Source of the DNA: an uncultured Rivularia sp.
Lineage (GTDB): Bacteria > Cyanobacteriota > Cyanobacteriia > Cyanobacteriales > Nostocaceae
Assembly: GCA_963665115.1 (NCBI GenBank)
Contig: OY762007.1
Coordinates: 864,001-928,000 of the forward strand
Direction of reading: 5' to 3'
Length of the DNA stretch: 64,000 nucleotides
The first letter of the stretch is position 1. Each line of letters starts with the position of its first letter. Position numbers and translations under genes: made by a program. The notes beneath the pieces are model-generated. The model ran no database searches. It was not told the origin of the DNA and worked only from the letters and a program-made list of their open reading frames with translations. Positions 12,130-23,978 of the stretch are shown here, piece after piece.

Positions 12130-12160
12130 GTAGAGACGCGATACTATTCACGTCTCTACA
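12130..12160. repeat. REP-like palindrome (GTAGAGACG...CGTCTCTACA family)
   Basis: Hairpin gtagagacgcgatactattcacgtctctaca; related copies at 26361-26386, 28564-28589 and 28777-28804. Confidence 0.75.
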
Positions 12161-12327
12161 AGAGTTTGGGATACCCCACAAATAAATTTCAAACACAAAT
12201 AAATTTAATACATCAAATAAGCAACGCCAAAAAGCAAGGCTTATCGCTGACAAGCCTAAACAAACATCTTTCAGTAAAGGATTTAAAAAATATTACTTTT
12301 ATAGATTCAAAAAGCGAGCTTAACTTT

Positions 12328-14170
12328 TTAACTTACCTGCCCTACTTCATTTTGCATTTGATGATATTTCCATAACTTACCGCGTTGTTGTAGTAAGTCT
12401 TGGTATTTTCCTTGCTCGACAATATATCCTCCCTCCAACACAACTACCTTATCGGCTTTAGCTATTGTAGAAAGCCTATGAGCAATAGCAATAACTGTTC
12501 TACCTACAGAAAGTTTTTCTAAAGATTCCTGAATCAAGCGTTCCGATACAGAATCCAAAGCGCTGGTAGCTTCATCCAAAATCAAAATCTGGGGGGTCGC
12601 GAAGTAATGCACGCGCTATGGCTATCCGCTGTCTCTGCCCTCCAGATAATCTGACTCCGCGATCGCCAAGTTGGGTATCGAAGCCTTGAGGCATATCTTC
12701 AATGAATTCTAGTGCATTAGCAAGCCGAGCAGCTTCTTTAATTTCCGCTTCGGTAGCGTCGAGGGTACCGTAAGCAATGTTATTCCAAACAGAAGTATTG
12801 AAAATAAACGTATCTTGACTAACAACAGCCATGTTTTTTCGCAGCGAGTAGATATCAATCTCTTTTAAATCCACTCCATCAATATAAATGTGCCCTTGTG
12901 TTGGATCGTAAAATCGAGGAATCAAATCGGCGAGGGTTGTTTTCCCAGCCCCAGACGCTCCCACCAAAGCAGTTGTTTTTCCCTTTTCAAGCGTAAGGGT
13001 AATATTGTGTAACACTAAATTGGTTGGTTCGTACCCAAAATCAACAGATACTATATCAATAGAACGATTTAACTGCTCAAACTCAGTAGAACCGTTTTGG
13101 AAGTAAGCTTGGTTATCGCTTTCTAAGAGTTGTTTAACATTATCCATCGAACCGTTCAAGGTACTAAGGAAAGCTATCGTTCCATTGATATCTTGAATGC
13201 TGGGTACAACGCGCATCAGAACAAAGAAAAATGTCAATAATGATGCAACTTGTAAGGTAAATACTGTAAAGGAAAGAATAATTAAACCGATAATAGCAGT
13301 AGTTGCAATAGCTGAAGCTATTGGCTTTACTAAAGTCCAAGCCTTTGCAACTTTTATGGAAGCGTTCAACAATTGACCGCTAACGCTGTAAAAACGCTGA
13401 CGTTCAAAGTCTTGCGTACCCGATGCGTGAACCGTGCGGATACCGTTAATAAACTCCGTAGCTGTTGAATGAAAAGCACCGTTAGCATTAGAAATACCAA
13501 AACTCGATTCTCGAACGCGAGCATTGAGCGTTGAAAGTCCTACACCTAACAGTGCAAATAGCAACACTGAAACAATTGAAAGCTGCCATGAAATTACAAA
13601 CATGGTGATAAAGTAAACAGCGACTGCCATGCCTCTGATTATCACAAAAGCAACACCACCGAAGCCTTGTTTTAATCTCTCAATTTCAGTGGTGATTGTA
13701 TTTATCAGTTCGCCGGAACGAGTTTTGACAAAGTAACTTAACGGTAATGCTTGTAAATGTTCAAACATCCGCTTACGCAAGCGATCTGCAAGGTTCAGTT
13801 GTGCTGATTCTGTATAGATCGAACTGAAGTAATCAAATATGGAGCGCAGCCAAGTACTTAACAATATTAAGATTGATATTCTATACATACGGCTGGTTGC
13901 GGAAGTTTTAATTCCCAGTATCCAGATATCAAACCAAGCAACACCTGTTTGAACTGGTTCCGCATCGGCTGCATTCGTTAAGCTTTGTAAAAAAGTTAGC
14001 AAAAAACCAATACTAAAACCTTCAAAAGCTGCTGCTAATATCGAAAAAACTATAGCAAAAATAGTAACTTTGCGAAAGTGCTTAAATTCTCGCAGCACTA
14101 AATAATTATTCTTCCAGAACTTGCTAGCTTTAAATAAGTTGCTTAATGGCTGGTATATTTTTGAATGCAT
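12328..14170 (-). CDS. hepA: Heterocyst differentiation ABC transporter HepA; +1 frameshift at G-run 12591-12596
   Basis: ABC membrane domain plus NBD ([22 protein letters not shown]). Removing one base joins RDP to [13 protein letters not shown]. Lies downstream of hepC. Confidence 0.88.
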
Positions 14171-14408
14171 ATATATTTTTTTAACTATTAGAGTCAGGGC
14201 GATATTTCAATTCTTCTCGATCTAAGAAGATTTTTGTGCAGTATAGCCAGTCCCCGCCTACCGCCAGGTTTTTTGTAATGATTGCGCTTGCGGGTAAAAT
14301 GCCAACACGAGAGGTAAAATATCGCTCTTAAAAATGCTGGCACTTTTTATCAGCTTTGTCTTTGAAGCATGAATAATATTAATTTGATAGAAAAAGCAGG
14401 TATATCAA

Positions 14409-15197
14409 TTAAGATGTTTGACTATCTAAATGTAATATGCTTGATTCTTCTGTCTCTACTTCCCAAGAACCCATAATTCCGGGTAGATTATTCAGTTGCT
14501 TCTGTGATAAAGGAGTTAACCTTACCGCATCTTCTAAAGTCCAGCAGCGAGAACCAAATAAGCCCATTTCGCCCCGAATTACATTCAACAATTGCGGTAA
14601 ATTATCCAAACCGTATTTACGCATCCATTTCCCTAATAGTGTAGTTGCTTTTGTTATCTCTTTGTTCTCGATTTTCTGATTTACAGATGTTGTGCGAAAT
14701 TTGATTAATTTAAATAATCTGCCTCTTTCACCGACATACCAAGAACGTTCAAACAATGGTGCTTGAACATCAATTTTCATTAATGCGCTTAATAACAGCA
14801 TTAGTGGACTAACTACAAGTAAAACCACGGTGGCGATCGCCCATTCGCAAAGGCGTTTCATCGATGATAAAAAGTTACTGTTGGATTTTGGCTGTTTTCT
14901 ATCGGTACCAATCTGTAAATATATTGGTTTAGAAGCCGAGTATGCAGCATCTGCCCAAAGCTTTACTTTCTCTTCCCCTAATTTCGGATCTATACGAACT
15001 AAGTTAACGGAAGAATGTTGCAAGCATTCTTTTAAAGATTCATAGGTATCTAATAAGGGCATATAAGGCTGCTTAACCGTACCTATAGGCTTTACCAATA
15101 ATTGATTGCGTCGCCATTGAAGAGTACAGTAAATCGAGCTATTAGCTTCAGATACACTAGAGCTATTGTTTACAGTTGCCAGTAAGTCAGTTTTCAT
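14409..15197 (-). CDS. hepC: Heterocyst glycosyltransferase HepC (bacterial sugar transferase family)
   Basis: N-terminal CTLQWRRNQLLVK..VNLVRID..LWADA domain plus Bac_transf domain (KFRT, LGKWMRKYGLDNLPQL); upstream of hepA. Confidence 0.85.
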   Translation of the reverse strand: MKTDLLATVNNSSSVSEANSSIYCTLQWRRNQLLVKPIGTVKQPYMPLLDTYESLKECLQHSSVNLVRIDPKLGEEKVKLWADAAYSASKPIYLQIGTDRKQPKSNSNFLSSMKRLCEWAIATVVLLVVSPLMLLLSALMKIDVQAPLFERSWYVGERGRLFKLIKFRTTSVNQKIENKEITKATTLLGKWMRKYGLDNLPQLLNVIRGEMGLFGSRCWTLEDAVRLTPLSQKQLNNLPGIMGSWEVETEESSILHLDSQTS

Positions 15198-15923
15198 ATC
15201 AATTTTAACTAATATAGTGGTAGACAGCTTGTCTTATATACAACGTGTCAAAATGCCTTTAATGCCCGTAATGTTTGGCTTGACTTCCCAAAAACGGAAG
15301 TTATCCAGGCAAATATTGTTAGAGAGAAAAGTTCCGTTGCGGTAATTGCATACCTATCATTTCGATTTTTGAAGATGTATGTTGAAAGAAGATGCGAGAC
15401 TATAGATAAATCTACCGAACCTCGCGATTACTTTTTCTTTTTACAACGGTATTCAATAAATAGGATATAGGAAACAATAGAAATAACGTTGTCTAAAATG
15501 AATTCTTTATTTATTCTTCAAATAGTTACTACTTTATTCTCGGAATTATTAAGGTACTATGAATTCTTTTTAGGTAACACTTAATTACCGTATTCTAAAT
15601 AGTCTAGGCGATTGTAACATAAATATTTTTTAGGATTTAATGAACCTTTCTATTTATCTGAGGTTTTTTCGTAAATAAACTAAATATATAAGGGAATTTA
15701 CGTAAACTTCATATATATCCCCTCAAACATCGTTCAAATTTAATAAAACTATAAATAAAAACAAGTGATTCGATTTTAGATTTGCGTCATTGAAAGCTAT
15801 TTTTGTACGCAGCTAACTAGCTTCAGAATTCCGAGCTTAGCCATTTATTATAGTTTTGTAAATTCTGTCATCAGATACCCTCTCCAAAGTATTAGAGAAG
15901 GTTGAGTTTCTTATCTATTTTGT

Positions 15924-15994
15924 CCCAGTCTGATTTGTCAGACTTTGTATATAAGTCTGGGAATTGATTCCAAGGCGGTTATGAAAGCTAATTG
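15924..15994. repeat. Dispersed palindromic repeat (CAGTC..GACT..GGAATT.ATTCC..GGCGG family)
   Basis: Closely similar to 44571-44640; more distant relatives at about 48026-48080 and 58047-58088. Confidence 0.7.
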
Positions 15995-16207
15995 CGAATG
16001 CCCCGAGATGTCACAAACCCACATCTTGCACGATTCTCAACAAGCCCAAAGAAGTCCAGTTTCTCTGGGTAAAACATGATTCTTTCGTAGTGCGACTCGT
16101 GCAGAAACCCGAAATCGAAACAAATTAAAAATATAAAAGGCATACGCTTAAATAGAAGCGCAGCCTTAAAAATAAACGATTATCTGGCGTTGCAGTTAAT
16201 TGAACAC

Positions 16208-18443
16208 CTATTCTTCCACGGCTGCTTTCAATGCTAATTGCTGTTGCTTCACGTTGGGGACGTAGCTGTAGCCAGTTTTTGAAACTCCATTTGCGACAAC
16301 CCCAAGTAAATTTAATTTACCCAGCATGGCTGTAGCTTGTGCGAGTTGTGTGCGAGTAACTCCTCCAATACTTGCTACCATAACTACGCCACGACAAGTT
16401 GATGCAGTGAGTAAAGCATCTACTAAACCAAGAACTGAAGCAGCGTCCAAGATGACTAAATCGTAGCTTTCTTCAAAGGCGCTCATTAATTCTTCCATGC
16501 GAGGAGAGCTTAATAGATTCGCAGGGTCCTCTGGAACTGGCCCTGCGGTTAAAATATCTATATAAGATGAGCCTGAAGATTGAAGAGTTATCTGGTTAGG
16601 TAAAGCTACATCGCTTGTCAGCAGAGTAGAAAGTCCTTGTTCGTTGGGCAGATTTAGATGTTTGTGTACGCTGGGATCTCGTAAATTCGCATCAATTAAT
16701 AGTACCTTTTTATGCAGACGAGCAGCACTCATTGCTAAACCTAAAGCCAAGGCTGATTTACCTTCATCGGGTAATGCCGACGTTATCATTAAAGATTTGA
16801 AGGCGGAAACAGAATTTAGTAATTCTATGTTTTTATAAATTAGGTCGAGTGATTCCCAGCGCGGTGGCGATTGCAATACCTGAATCGTCCAGGGAGCAAG
16901 CACTTCTGGCTTCCCAAAAGGTAGTTTAAACACCGATTCCTTAGTTTTAGCAACAGGTAATTTAGGAGTTGTTCCTAAAAGCGGAATCGCAAATTGTTTC
17001 TCTAATTCGGCAGTAGTGCGAACTGCATCGTCTCCTGCTTCCCTCGCGAAAGCCGCGATACCTCCTAACATTAAACCAACTACTCCACCTAATAGCAGGT
17101 TTTGTTGCAGGTTAGGGCCTAAAGAATCTCCTTCCTGGGGTTCTTCTACTACTTCCCAGTTAAATCCGCCTTTGTCAAGTTCTTGCTCTACTTTTTGTTC
17201 CGCTGTCAATAACTCCTGGAAGCGTTTTCGGCTGCGATCTACCTGGGGTTGTAAACGATTGTACTCAGCTAGCAAACGAGGAAATTTGGTCAGTTCTTGC
17301 TGTAGCTGCTGTTCTTTTTCTGCCAAACTTTGGTCGCGTGCGCGTAAAGCTAAAAGGTTTGTTTGGGTTTCTACTAAGGTGCTAGCAAGGTTGAGATCCG
17401 TTTGGGAAAGCTGTCCTTGACTGAGTAATTCACCAGTATTTACATTTTTTGCATCAATATTACTACCTCCCAAAGCTCGCCCTACTTCTTGTTGTAGTAG
17501 CTGCTTTTGCTCTGTAAGCTGTTCCTTGAGCTTTAACACATCGGGATGTTCGGCTGTAAAACGTAGATTTGCTTGAGCGATCGCAAGTTCGGTTGTTTGG
17601 ATTTCGTTAAGCAAAGACTGGTAGCGACTTGATTGACTCAAACGAGAAGAAACAAGCGCTTTTTGGGGAGTGCGTTTTAATTGTTTTTGTAATGAATCTA
17701 GGCGTGCTTGAGCTTCTTTATATTGGTTGTGAGTTGTGCGTCGTTCTTGTTGAATATTATTTAAAGCAGTTTCATAAGCTTGAGCTTGTGTTTGGGGGGT
17801 CTGTTAAATTTTGAGAGTTGCGAAACCTTAACAACTGAAATTCAGCTTTGTTTAACTCATCTGTTACCTTCTTTTTCTGTTCTCTAATTACTTTTAGACC
17901 ATTTCTTAAACGCTTTTTCTGCTGTTCTTCGTTGAAATCGAGATAAACTTCCCGTATGGCTTCTAATACTCTTTGAGTTTTGTTCGCGTCTTTAGCTGTA
18001 TACTCAACTTGAACAATTTTAGTTGCAGCGTCATCGTCTCTTGACCTTAATTTCTTTAAAGCCAAAGAACTTTTTATCTCTTTTACGGTAATTTCCGGGT
18101 ATTCGGGCTTTAGTTTTTCAACTGCTTGTTTAATAAGTGAAGACTTACCCATCAATTCTAATTGGGTATCCATATCTATCTTCACATTAGAGTCGGTAAA
18201 CTCATTTTTATCTAGCCCATTTCCTTCTGCTTTTCCCTGATAGTTTGGCTCCACCAACAGTTCCATTGAACTTTTAAAACTGGGCGGGGTTCTACGATAC
18301 ACATAATAACCCGCACCGACTGAAGCCAAAAATACTATCAAAAACCAAGGAAATCGCCGGATTAATACCGCAAACAGCTGCCCGTAACCCGGTTCTGAAT
18401 CAGCAGCTGGATTTACATGGGGACTTAGACTCGTTTGCATCAC
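16208..18443 (-). CDS. Wzc-like polysaccharide co-polymerase/tyrosine autokinase; +1 frameshift at G-run 17794-17799
   Basis: N-terminal Wzz TM, coiled coil, second TM and SALPDEGKS / LLIDANLR P-loop domain. The two ORFs join in frame after removing one base (...LTDPQTQAQAYETAL...SRLSQSSRY). Confidence 0.88.
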
Positions 18444-18459
18444 TTTTTTATTTCCTCGG

Positions 18460-19569
18460 CTAACAAATCAGGGACTGCGATCGCTGTAAGCTACTAGTTT
18501 GGTCGATGACTTTCTCGACTTTACTAAAAAATGCTTCTTCCGAAAAATTTGCTACAGCATGATTGCGGATGTTTTCGTAATTCCAATAGATTTCCCTGGC
18601 TTCTAATAAGGCAGTTTGTAGAGAGTCAGGCGTTTGCCTCTTGAAAAACACTCCTGTTTTTCCTGGCACCTGAGTATCTAAAACTCCTCCCGCTCCAAAG
18701 GCCACTACCGGGGTTCCGCTAGCATTTGCTTCTACCGGAACCAACCCATAGTCTTCTAAGGCTGCGACTATTACAGATTTCGCTTTCGCAAACAATTGAG
18801 TACGTTCTAAATCGGATACGTGACCTACAAATTCGATATTTTTCAATGCTTTTGATTGTAAGCGTTCTCTCTCTGGGCCGTCACCTGATATTTTCAGTTG
18901 CCACCCCAGCCAATTAAAAGCTTCAACTATTATATCAAGTCGTTTGTAACCGATCATTCTAGCTGATGCAAGAAAATAATCATCTTTTGATTGTGAATAA
19001 ATAAACTTACTGGTATCAATTGGATAGTTAATGACTATTGCTTTTTTACCGTAGATGCTCTTAATACGCCGTGCGACAACGCTAGAATTCGCAATATAAA
19101 GGTCTGGCTCTTGTGCATAAGTTAGGTCAACATTTCTCATTAATTGAAATACTCTTTCAATTAACGGAGCAAAATACTGATAATCAGCATATTCTCTTAA
19201 ATAAGTTTCGGTATCCCATAGAAAACGGGTAACATTATGACAAAAGCAAACGTGTCGTGCCTTGGGGTTTTTTCGTACTGCTTTAGCAAAACTAGTACTG
19301 CTACTGATAATTAAATCATATTCTTGCAAATCTAAAGCACGAAAGGCAGGAAAATAAAAGGGAGCCATTAACCGGAAATATTTGGCTGCACCAGGAATAT
19401 GTTGCAAATAAGTTGTCTTAACTATCCTTTCGCCTAAATCAATGGTTTTTTGAGCATCGTATAAAGATGTAAAAACGTCTGCTTGAGGAAAGCGTTTGCA
19501 AAGTAATTCAAAAACCCGTTCTGCGCCACCTCTTTGGGTTAAATAATCATGAACTAAGGCAATTTTCAT
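18460..19569 (-). CDS. Glycosyltransferase family 4
   Basis: MKIALVHDYLTQRGGAERV; EDYGLVPVEANASG. Confidence 0.9.
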   Translation of the reverse strand: MKIALVHDYLTQRGGAERVFELLCKRFPQADVFTSLYDAQKTIDLGERIVKTTYLQHIPGAAKYFRLMAPFYFPAFRALDLQEYDLIISSSTSFAKAVRKNPKARHVCFCHNVTRFLWDTETYLREYADYQYFAPLIERVFQLMRNVDLTYAQEPDLYIANSSVVARRIKSIYGKKAIVINYPIDTSKFIYSQSKDDYFLASARMIGYKRLDIIVEAFNWLGWQLKISGDGPERERLQSKALKNIEFVGHVSDLERTQLFAKAKSVIVAALEDYGLVPVEANASGTPVVAFGAGGVLDTQVPGKTGVFFKRQTPDSLQTALLEAREIYWNYENIRNHAVANFSEEAFFSKVEKVIDQTSSLQRSQSLIC

Positions 19570-19717
19570 TTTTTTTCCTATGAAATTACAGTTCGCCTGT
19601 AAGAGAGTTAAAAAAATAGTTTGAATTTTTATCGGAGCTTATATTTTAATCGGAATATATAACATTTATATTCATCGTTTTACAAATATTTTTTACTTTC
19701 AATAGTGAAAAATACAT

Positions 19718-20482
19718 TTAATCTTTAAAAAACATTTCGTAAGATGAATATATTGCCTGCTTAAAGCTGGAAGGCAAATTGGGGGTTTGCGATTCGTAAG
19801 CTGCAATTGCTTGATGCTTTTTTTGTTTAAAGCTACCAAGAGATAATCGGTAAAGATGACTATTTTTATGCAAATATTCATGTCTTGAGAGCGGATTCCG
19901 CCACAGCATCCAAATCGGATATTGCAAAAGTTCTATCTGCATTTTCGATTTTTTAATGGCACTCCGCACTAAAGAGTAAGTGGCTTCATGGTCTGGATGT
20001 CCATCCTGGGAATGTGGAACGTAAACTTCTTGTGGTTCAAAGGATTGGATAATTTCGACTAGTTTACTAATTAATAAGTTTTGTTTCTCTAAAGAGAGTT
20101 GACCTAAAGAACCATCAGTTTCGCCCAGGTATAGAGCCTGTGAAGGTTCGATTCCCAAAACTTCAAGAGCTTCCGCCGCTTCTTCTTGACGATATTGAAT
20201 AACATTCTCCGGTTTAACCCAATCTGGTTTACTACCGAAACGTCCATCTGTGAGAAACACTACTTTGACTGGTATTCCTTGAGAACGCTTGATAGCGATA
20301 GTTCCTCCACAACCTATAGTTTCATCATCTTGGTGTGGAGAAAAGACTATTGCTGGTTTATTGTTCGCCTCTATTGGTTTACTTTTGAAACGTAGCAACC
20401 AATTATAAAATACATTGTAGTTTGCATCTCTAACGGCTGCTCCTAAAGTTATTCGTAATTGGTTTAAAGGCAGTTTAAACAT
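19718..20482 (-). CDS. PIG-L/LmbE family deacetylase
   Basis: SPHQDDETIGCGG, VFLTDG and DGHPDH motifs. Confidence 0.88.
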   Translation of the reverse strand: MFKLPLNQLRITLGAAVRDANYNVFYNWLLRFKSKPIEANNKPAIVFSPHQDDETIGCGGTIAIKRSQGIPVKVVFLTDGRFGSKPDWVKPENVIQYRQEEAAEALEVLGIEPSQALYLGETDGSLGQLSLEKQNLLISKLVEIIQSFEPQEVYVPHSQDGHPDHEATYSLVRSAIKKSKMQIELLQYPIWMLWRNPLSRHEYLHKNSHLYRLSLGSFKQKKHQAIAAYESQTPNLPSSFKQAIYSSYEMFFKD

Positions 20483-21680
20483 AGGTTAATGATTCGTTTT
20501 TGATCCCGTATTGCAACATGATTTTTTCAATTGTTTCTCTATAAACTTGAACAAAATGCTCTCTTGTATGATTTTCTCGCACAAATTCCCAAGAGTTCTT
20601 AGCCATTTGTTCGAGTTCTGATGGATCTAATTGTGAAATATTCTCAATACTTTTCTTGATTTCTTCGACAGAATTTTCTTTTAAAATAACCCCATAATCA
20701 TCGCTAACATCTACGCTAGATTCATAACTCACAATTGGAACTAGTCCTGTATGCATACAGTTGATAACGCATCCGCCGCCGCCTTCGGAACAAGAAGGGT
20801 AAACAATAGCCAAACAACTGTTAACAATGTCTATAAATTTTTGAGAGGTAACATCAACCCAACCAACTGTATGAATGTTAGGAGTTTGATAAAGTTCTTT
20901 GTAAAAAGCTGCTTCAAATTCTTTTTCTTTATTAATCGGACCGCAAATGGTTAAATGTTTATCCGGCATTTGGGAAAAGGCATCTAGAAGTAAATCCAAT
21001 CCCTTATGAACTAAACCACCGCTACCAAACCAAAGGAAGTTTTTACGGCAAGCGGCAAAATCTTTATCTGGCCAAGGATATAGCGTTGGGGCAGAAATAG
21101 GAATTCGGTGCAGCGGTTTATTTGCGTATTTAAACGTATTCATCGTAAACTCGTTACCAAGAACCGTAGCGCAATCGGCGTATTCGATCGCTTTGTTTGG
21201 CGGCTCGAATCTTTGAGGACTCAAAGTAATACCGCGTCTTTGCTGCAATCCTAGTAACCTATTCGCTTCAGCTGCATTATGAAATAAAATATGCGCTGTA
21301 TCGGAGTGGAATATTTTTATGCAATCCTGATTTAAAAATGGTATGCATCTTTGTAAATTCCAACGTGTTTCTATAAAAAAGGTATAGTGTTTTTTAGGAA
21401 TAAATACGTCGTTGTAAAACCAGATAACATCAACGTTATAACCTAAGTCTAAATAAGTTTTAGCCATTTGCAGGCATTCCCAATGTTGGGTATGAAAAGT
21501 TGGGACGGGTTCGCCTGGTTTTAAAGTAAATGGGTTTAAAACATAGGATATTAGTACGTTTCCGACTGCTGGTTGATTTGGCTCTAATGAAATCATCCGC
21601 CGTCTTTCGAGACGACCTTGTATTTTGTCGGCTACTACAGCAACGTTATCTGTTACGCGCTTAATTAAATTGGTTTTCAT
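20475..21680 (-). CDS. Glycosyltransferase (GT4-like)
   Basis: HKGLDLLLDAF and YPSCSEGGGG..GLVPIV, a GT-B C-terminal signature. Confidence 0.8.
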   Translation of the reverse strand: MKTNLIKRVTDNVAVVADKIQGRLERRRMISLEPNQPAVGNVLISYVLNPFTLKPGEPVPTFHTQHWECLQMAKTYLDLGYNVDVIWFYNDVFIPKKHYTFFIETRWNLQRCIPFLNQDCIKIFHSDTAHILFHNAAEANRLLGLQQRRGITLSPQRFEPPNKAIEYADCATVLGNEFTMNTFKYANKPLHRIPISAPTLYPWPDKDFAACRKNFLWFGSGGLVHKGLDLLLDAFSQMPDKHLTICGPINKEKEFEAAFYKELYQTPNIHTVGWVDVTSQKFIDIVNSCLAIVYPSCSEGGGGCVINCMHTGLVPIVSYESSVDVSDDYGVILKENSVEEIKKSIENISQLDPSELEQMAKNSWEFVRENHTREHFVQVYRETIEKIMLQYGIKNESLTYV

Positions 21681-21854
21681 AAATGCCCCCTAACAAAGTT
21701 AGATAAAGTTTGAACTAACGGTAGAGAAATTGAATGTTGTGAGAAGAATCTATCAATATATTTCAGTTGAGGAAGACTCTTCACTACACAACTTATGTCT
21801 TCTAGGCTACTTAGATTAAATAATAACCCAACACATCTCTTTCTACACCGTTTT

Positions 21855-23168
21855 TTATCTAGCTATTGCCAAGGTTTTTGATGGAGCGAATTTTGCGTTT
21901 TGTTCTTCTCGCAGTTTGTCGCAAAGTCTACCTTGTGGTACTTCTACGTCATCGTAGGTGAGAACTTGGTCTTTGGAGATGTCTCGTTTTAAACGACATC
22001 CTTCGGCTAATCCCATTGGTAACAAGTTTTGTTCGCGAACTATTTCGGAGTTCTCGCATTGACCATAGGTCATATAGTAACCAATGCCATCAAGGGTTTC
22101 TCCAGCCTTGAGATTAATTTTAGCGGTGGCTACCACATCTACAAGGGGACCTCCCAAAGGAGCCATTACAGCATCTCCGAATAGTACCGCACGGGCTACT
22201 GACAGAGGTACTTCAAAATGGCACAAATGATAGGGGGTATAAAAGCTGTAAAGAGGACCTTCACCTAACTTATACAAATTGAGATAGTGCTGCTGTTTGG
22301 GGTCATCATGAGTTGCAAAAACGAATACTCCAGGACCGGGTTTAGCTCCGACAACGTAATCAACTATACCGCCAAGTTCCTTTAACTGGTCAATATCATA
22401 CATCGAAGTCATTTCATCAACATGACCTTTGAAGTCGTAGCCCAGCATTCCTCTTTGAGCAACTTTCATTCCCGTAGCATTAGCAACAATTGCTTGCTCG
22501 AAAGAAATTTTACTACCGTCGGCAAAGCTAGTTACCATATGAGGCTTTTGTCCCCAACGTTTAGCAAATGCTTCTTGAGTAGTTGGGTTGCGGTAAGGAT
22601 CTTGCAATCCCTTGATGTTTCCGCAAAGCAATGGAGTCAAACCAATACTCTTAACAAACCGATAGAGGTTCATTTCTACCCCTGGTTGATCTCCATCACA
22701 AGCTGAGAGAACGACTCCAGCTTTATCGGCATAAAGTTTCAATATTGAACCAATAGTACCGTCAAGTTCGGCATTCATCATAATGATATGCTTGCGATGA
22801 GCGATCGCCTCCATCACAACATGAGCGCCGAATTCAATCGCTCCGGTTACTTCGATAATTGCATCAATACCTTCAGCGCGACACAACAACATTGCATCTT
22901 CAGTTACTGCGTATTCACCTTTTTTTACAGCATTTTCCAAATCCGCTACATTGGAAATTTCTTTAATAGTTTCAATTCCCGCCTCACGATAAGCTCGTTT
23001 TGCAGCATCTACACTACGGTTAGAAATCGCCACCAATTCCATTCCAGGAACCGAATTTGCAATTTGGTTGGCAATTCCGCGCCCCATAAAACCCGCACCA
23101 ATCATTGCTACTTTGACTGGGTTTCCTGCTTGGGCGCGTTTTTGTAAAGCGTTGTCTATGATAATCAT
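21855..23168 (-). CDS. NAD(P)-dependent oxidoreductase with C-terminal SAF domain (homoserine dehydrogenase-like)
   Basis: IGAGFMG Rossmann motif, DGDQPG and the SAF region LKAGETLDGIG..LPMGL..LKRDI. Confidence 0.85.
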   Translation of the reverse strand: MIIIDNALQKRAQAGNPVKVAMIGAGFMGRGIANQIANSVPGMELVAISNRSVDAAKRAYREAGIETIKEISNVADLENAVKKGEYAVTEDAMLLCRAEGIDAIIEVTGAIEFGAHVVMEAIAHRKHIIMMNAELDGTIGSILKLYADKAGVVLSACDGDQPGVEMNLYRFVKSIGLTPLLCGNIKGLQDPYRNPTTQEAFAKRWGQKPHMVTSFADGSKISFEQAIVANATGMKVAQRGMLGYDFKGHVDEMTSMYDIDQLKELGGIVDYVVGAKPGPGVFVFATHDDPKQQHYLNLYKLGEGPLYSFYTPYHLCHFEVPLSVARAVLFGDAVMAPLGGPLVDVVATAKINLKAGETLDGIGYYMTYGQCENSEIVREQNLLPMGLAEGCRLKRDISKDQVLTYDDVEVPQGRLCDKLREEQNAKFAPSKTLAIAR

Positions 23169-23228
23169 AAATTTAATTCCTGTTTAGATATCTTGGTTTG
23201 AGTAATTTTGTTTGTGTTGTTTCTTATT

Positions 23229-23276
23229 CTAGTTCCCAGGCTCAGCCTGGGAACTAGGTTTTAGAGGCTCTGCCTC
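23229..23276. repeat. Palindromic REP-like element
   Basis: Perfect 14-bp inverted repeat ctagttcccaggct-c-agcctgggaactag followed by gaggctctgcctc. Confidence 0.7.
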
Positions 23277-23314
23277 GTTGTGATGTAGTCTTTATGTAGA
23301 TTAAAAAATAGCGA

Positions 23315-23866
23315 TTAAGAAGCACCCCCAACAGTCATCATTCTCATCAAAGGCCACTTAGTGTCTTTTTCAGACATTTCAGTTGCTTGTATGGGCCATT
23401 GGATGTTAAAAAATGGGTCGTCGTAGCGCAACCCTTTTTCGTATCCAGGGGTATAAAATTCACCGACCATATACATAACTTCACAACCATCAGTTAGTGC
23501 TTGGTAGCCGTGAGCAAACATTTCCGGTACGTATAAAGCACGGTGGTTGTCTGCTGATAATTCCACGCCGAAATGCTGTAAATAAGTAGGAGAGTCGGGA
23601 CGCATATCGATAATTACGTCGTAAATAGCACCTTTAGTACAGCGAACTATTTTTGTTTCAGCAGCTGGATCTGTTTGATAGTGCATTCCCCGCAAAGTAC
23701 CTTTTTTATGATTAAAAGACAAATTACATTGAGCAACCACTGGCTTTAAACCATGTGCTTCAAGTTCTTTAGCGCAGAAAGTACGAGCGAAGAAACCACG
23801 GTGGTCGTGTTTTTCTTCTAAATCGATGGTATAAGCCCCTTGAAGTTCGGTTTCGGTAAAAATCAT
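23315..23866 (-). CDS. rfbC: dTDP-4-dehydrorhamnose 3,5-epimerase family
   Basis: DHRGFF, GTLRGMHYQ, GAIYDVIIDMR and LYVPEMFAHGYQAL motifs. Confidence 0.9.
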   Translation of the reverse strand: MIFTETELQGAYTIDLEEKHDHRGFFARTFCAKELEAHGLKPVVAQCNLSFNHKKGTLRGMHYQTDPAAETKIVRCTKGAIYDVIIDMRPDSPTYLQHFGVELSADNHRALYVPEMFAHGYQALTDGCEVMYMVGEFYTPGYEKGLRYDDPFFNIQWPIQATEMSEKDTKWPLMRMMTVGGAS

Positions 23867-23978
23867 GACAACCCCTTTGCAATAATTAAATTTATTAATC
23901 TGGTGGTACTGGTTAATCGAAAAACTTTAGATTAGTAATCCAAAATCAATTAAACCGTACCTATTGGTTTTAATTTTT

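Noticed and set aside
11400..12327. Hidden gene or pseudogene in the hepA-GT2 spacer
   Set aside because: Very AT-rich; the only track ORF (12166..12375) is antisense and featureless, and only a REP-like hairpin is supportable.
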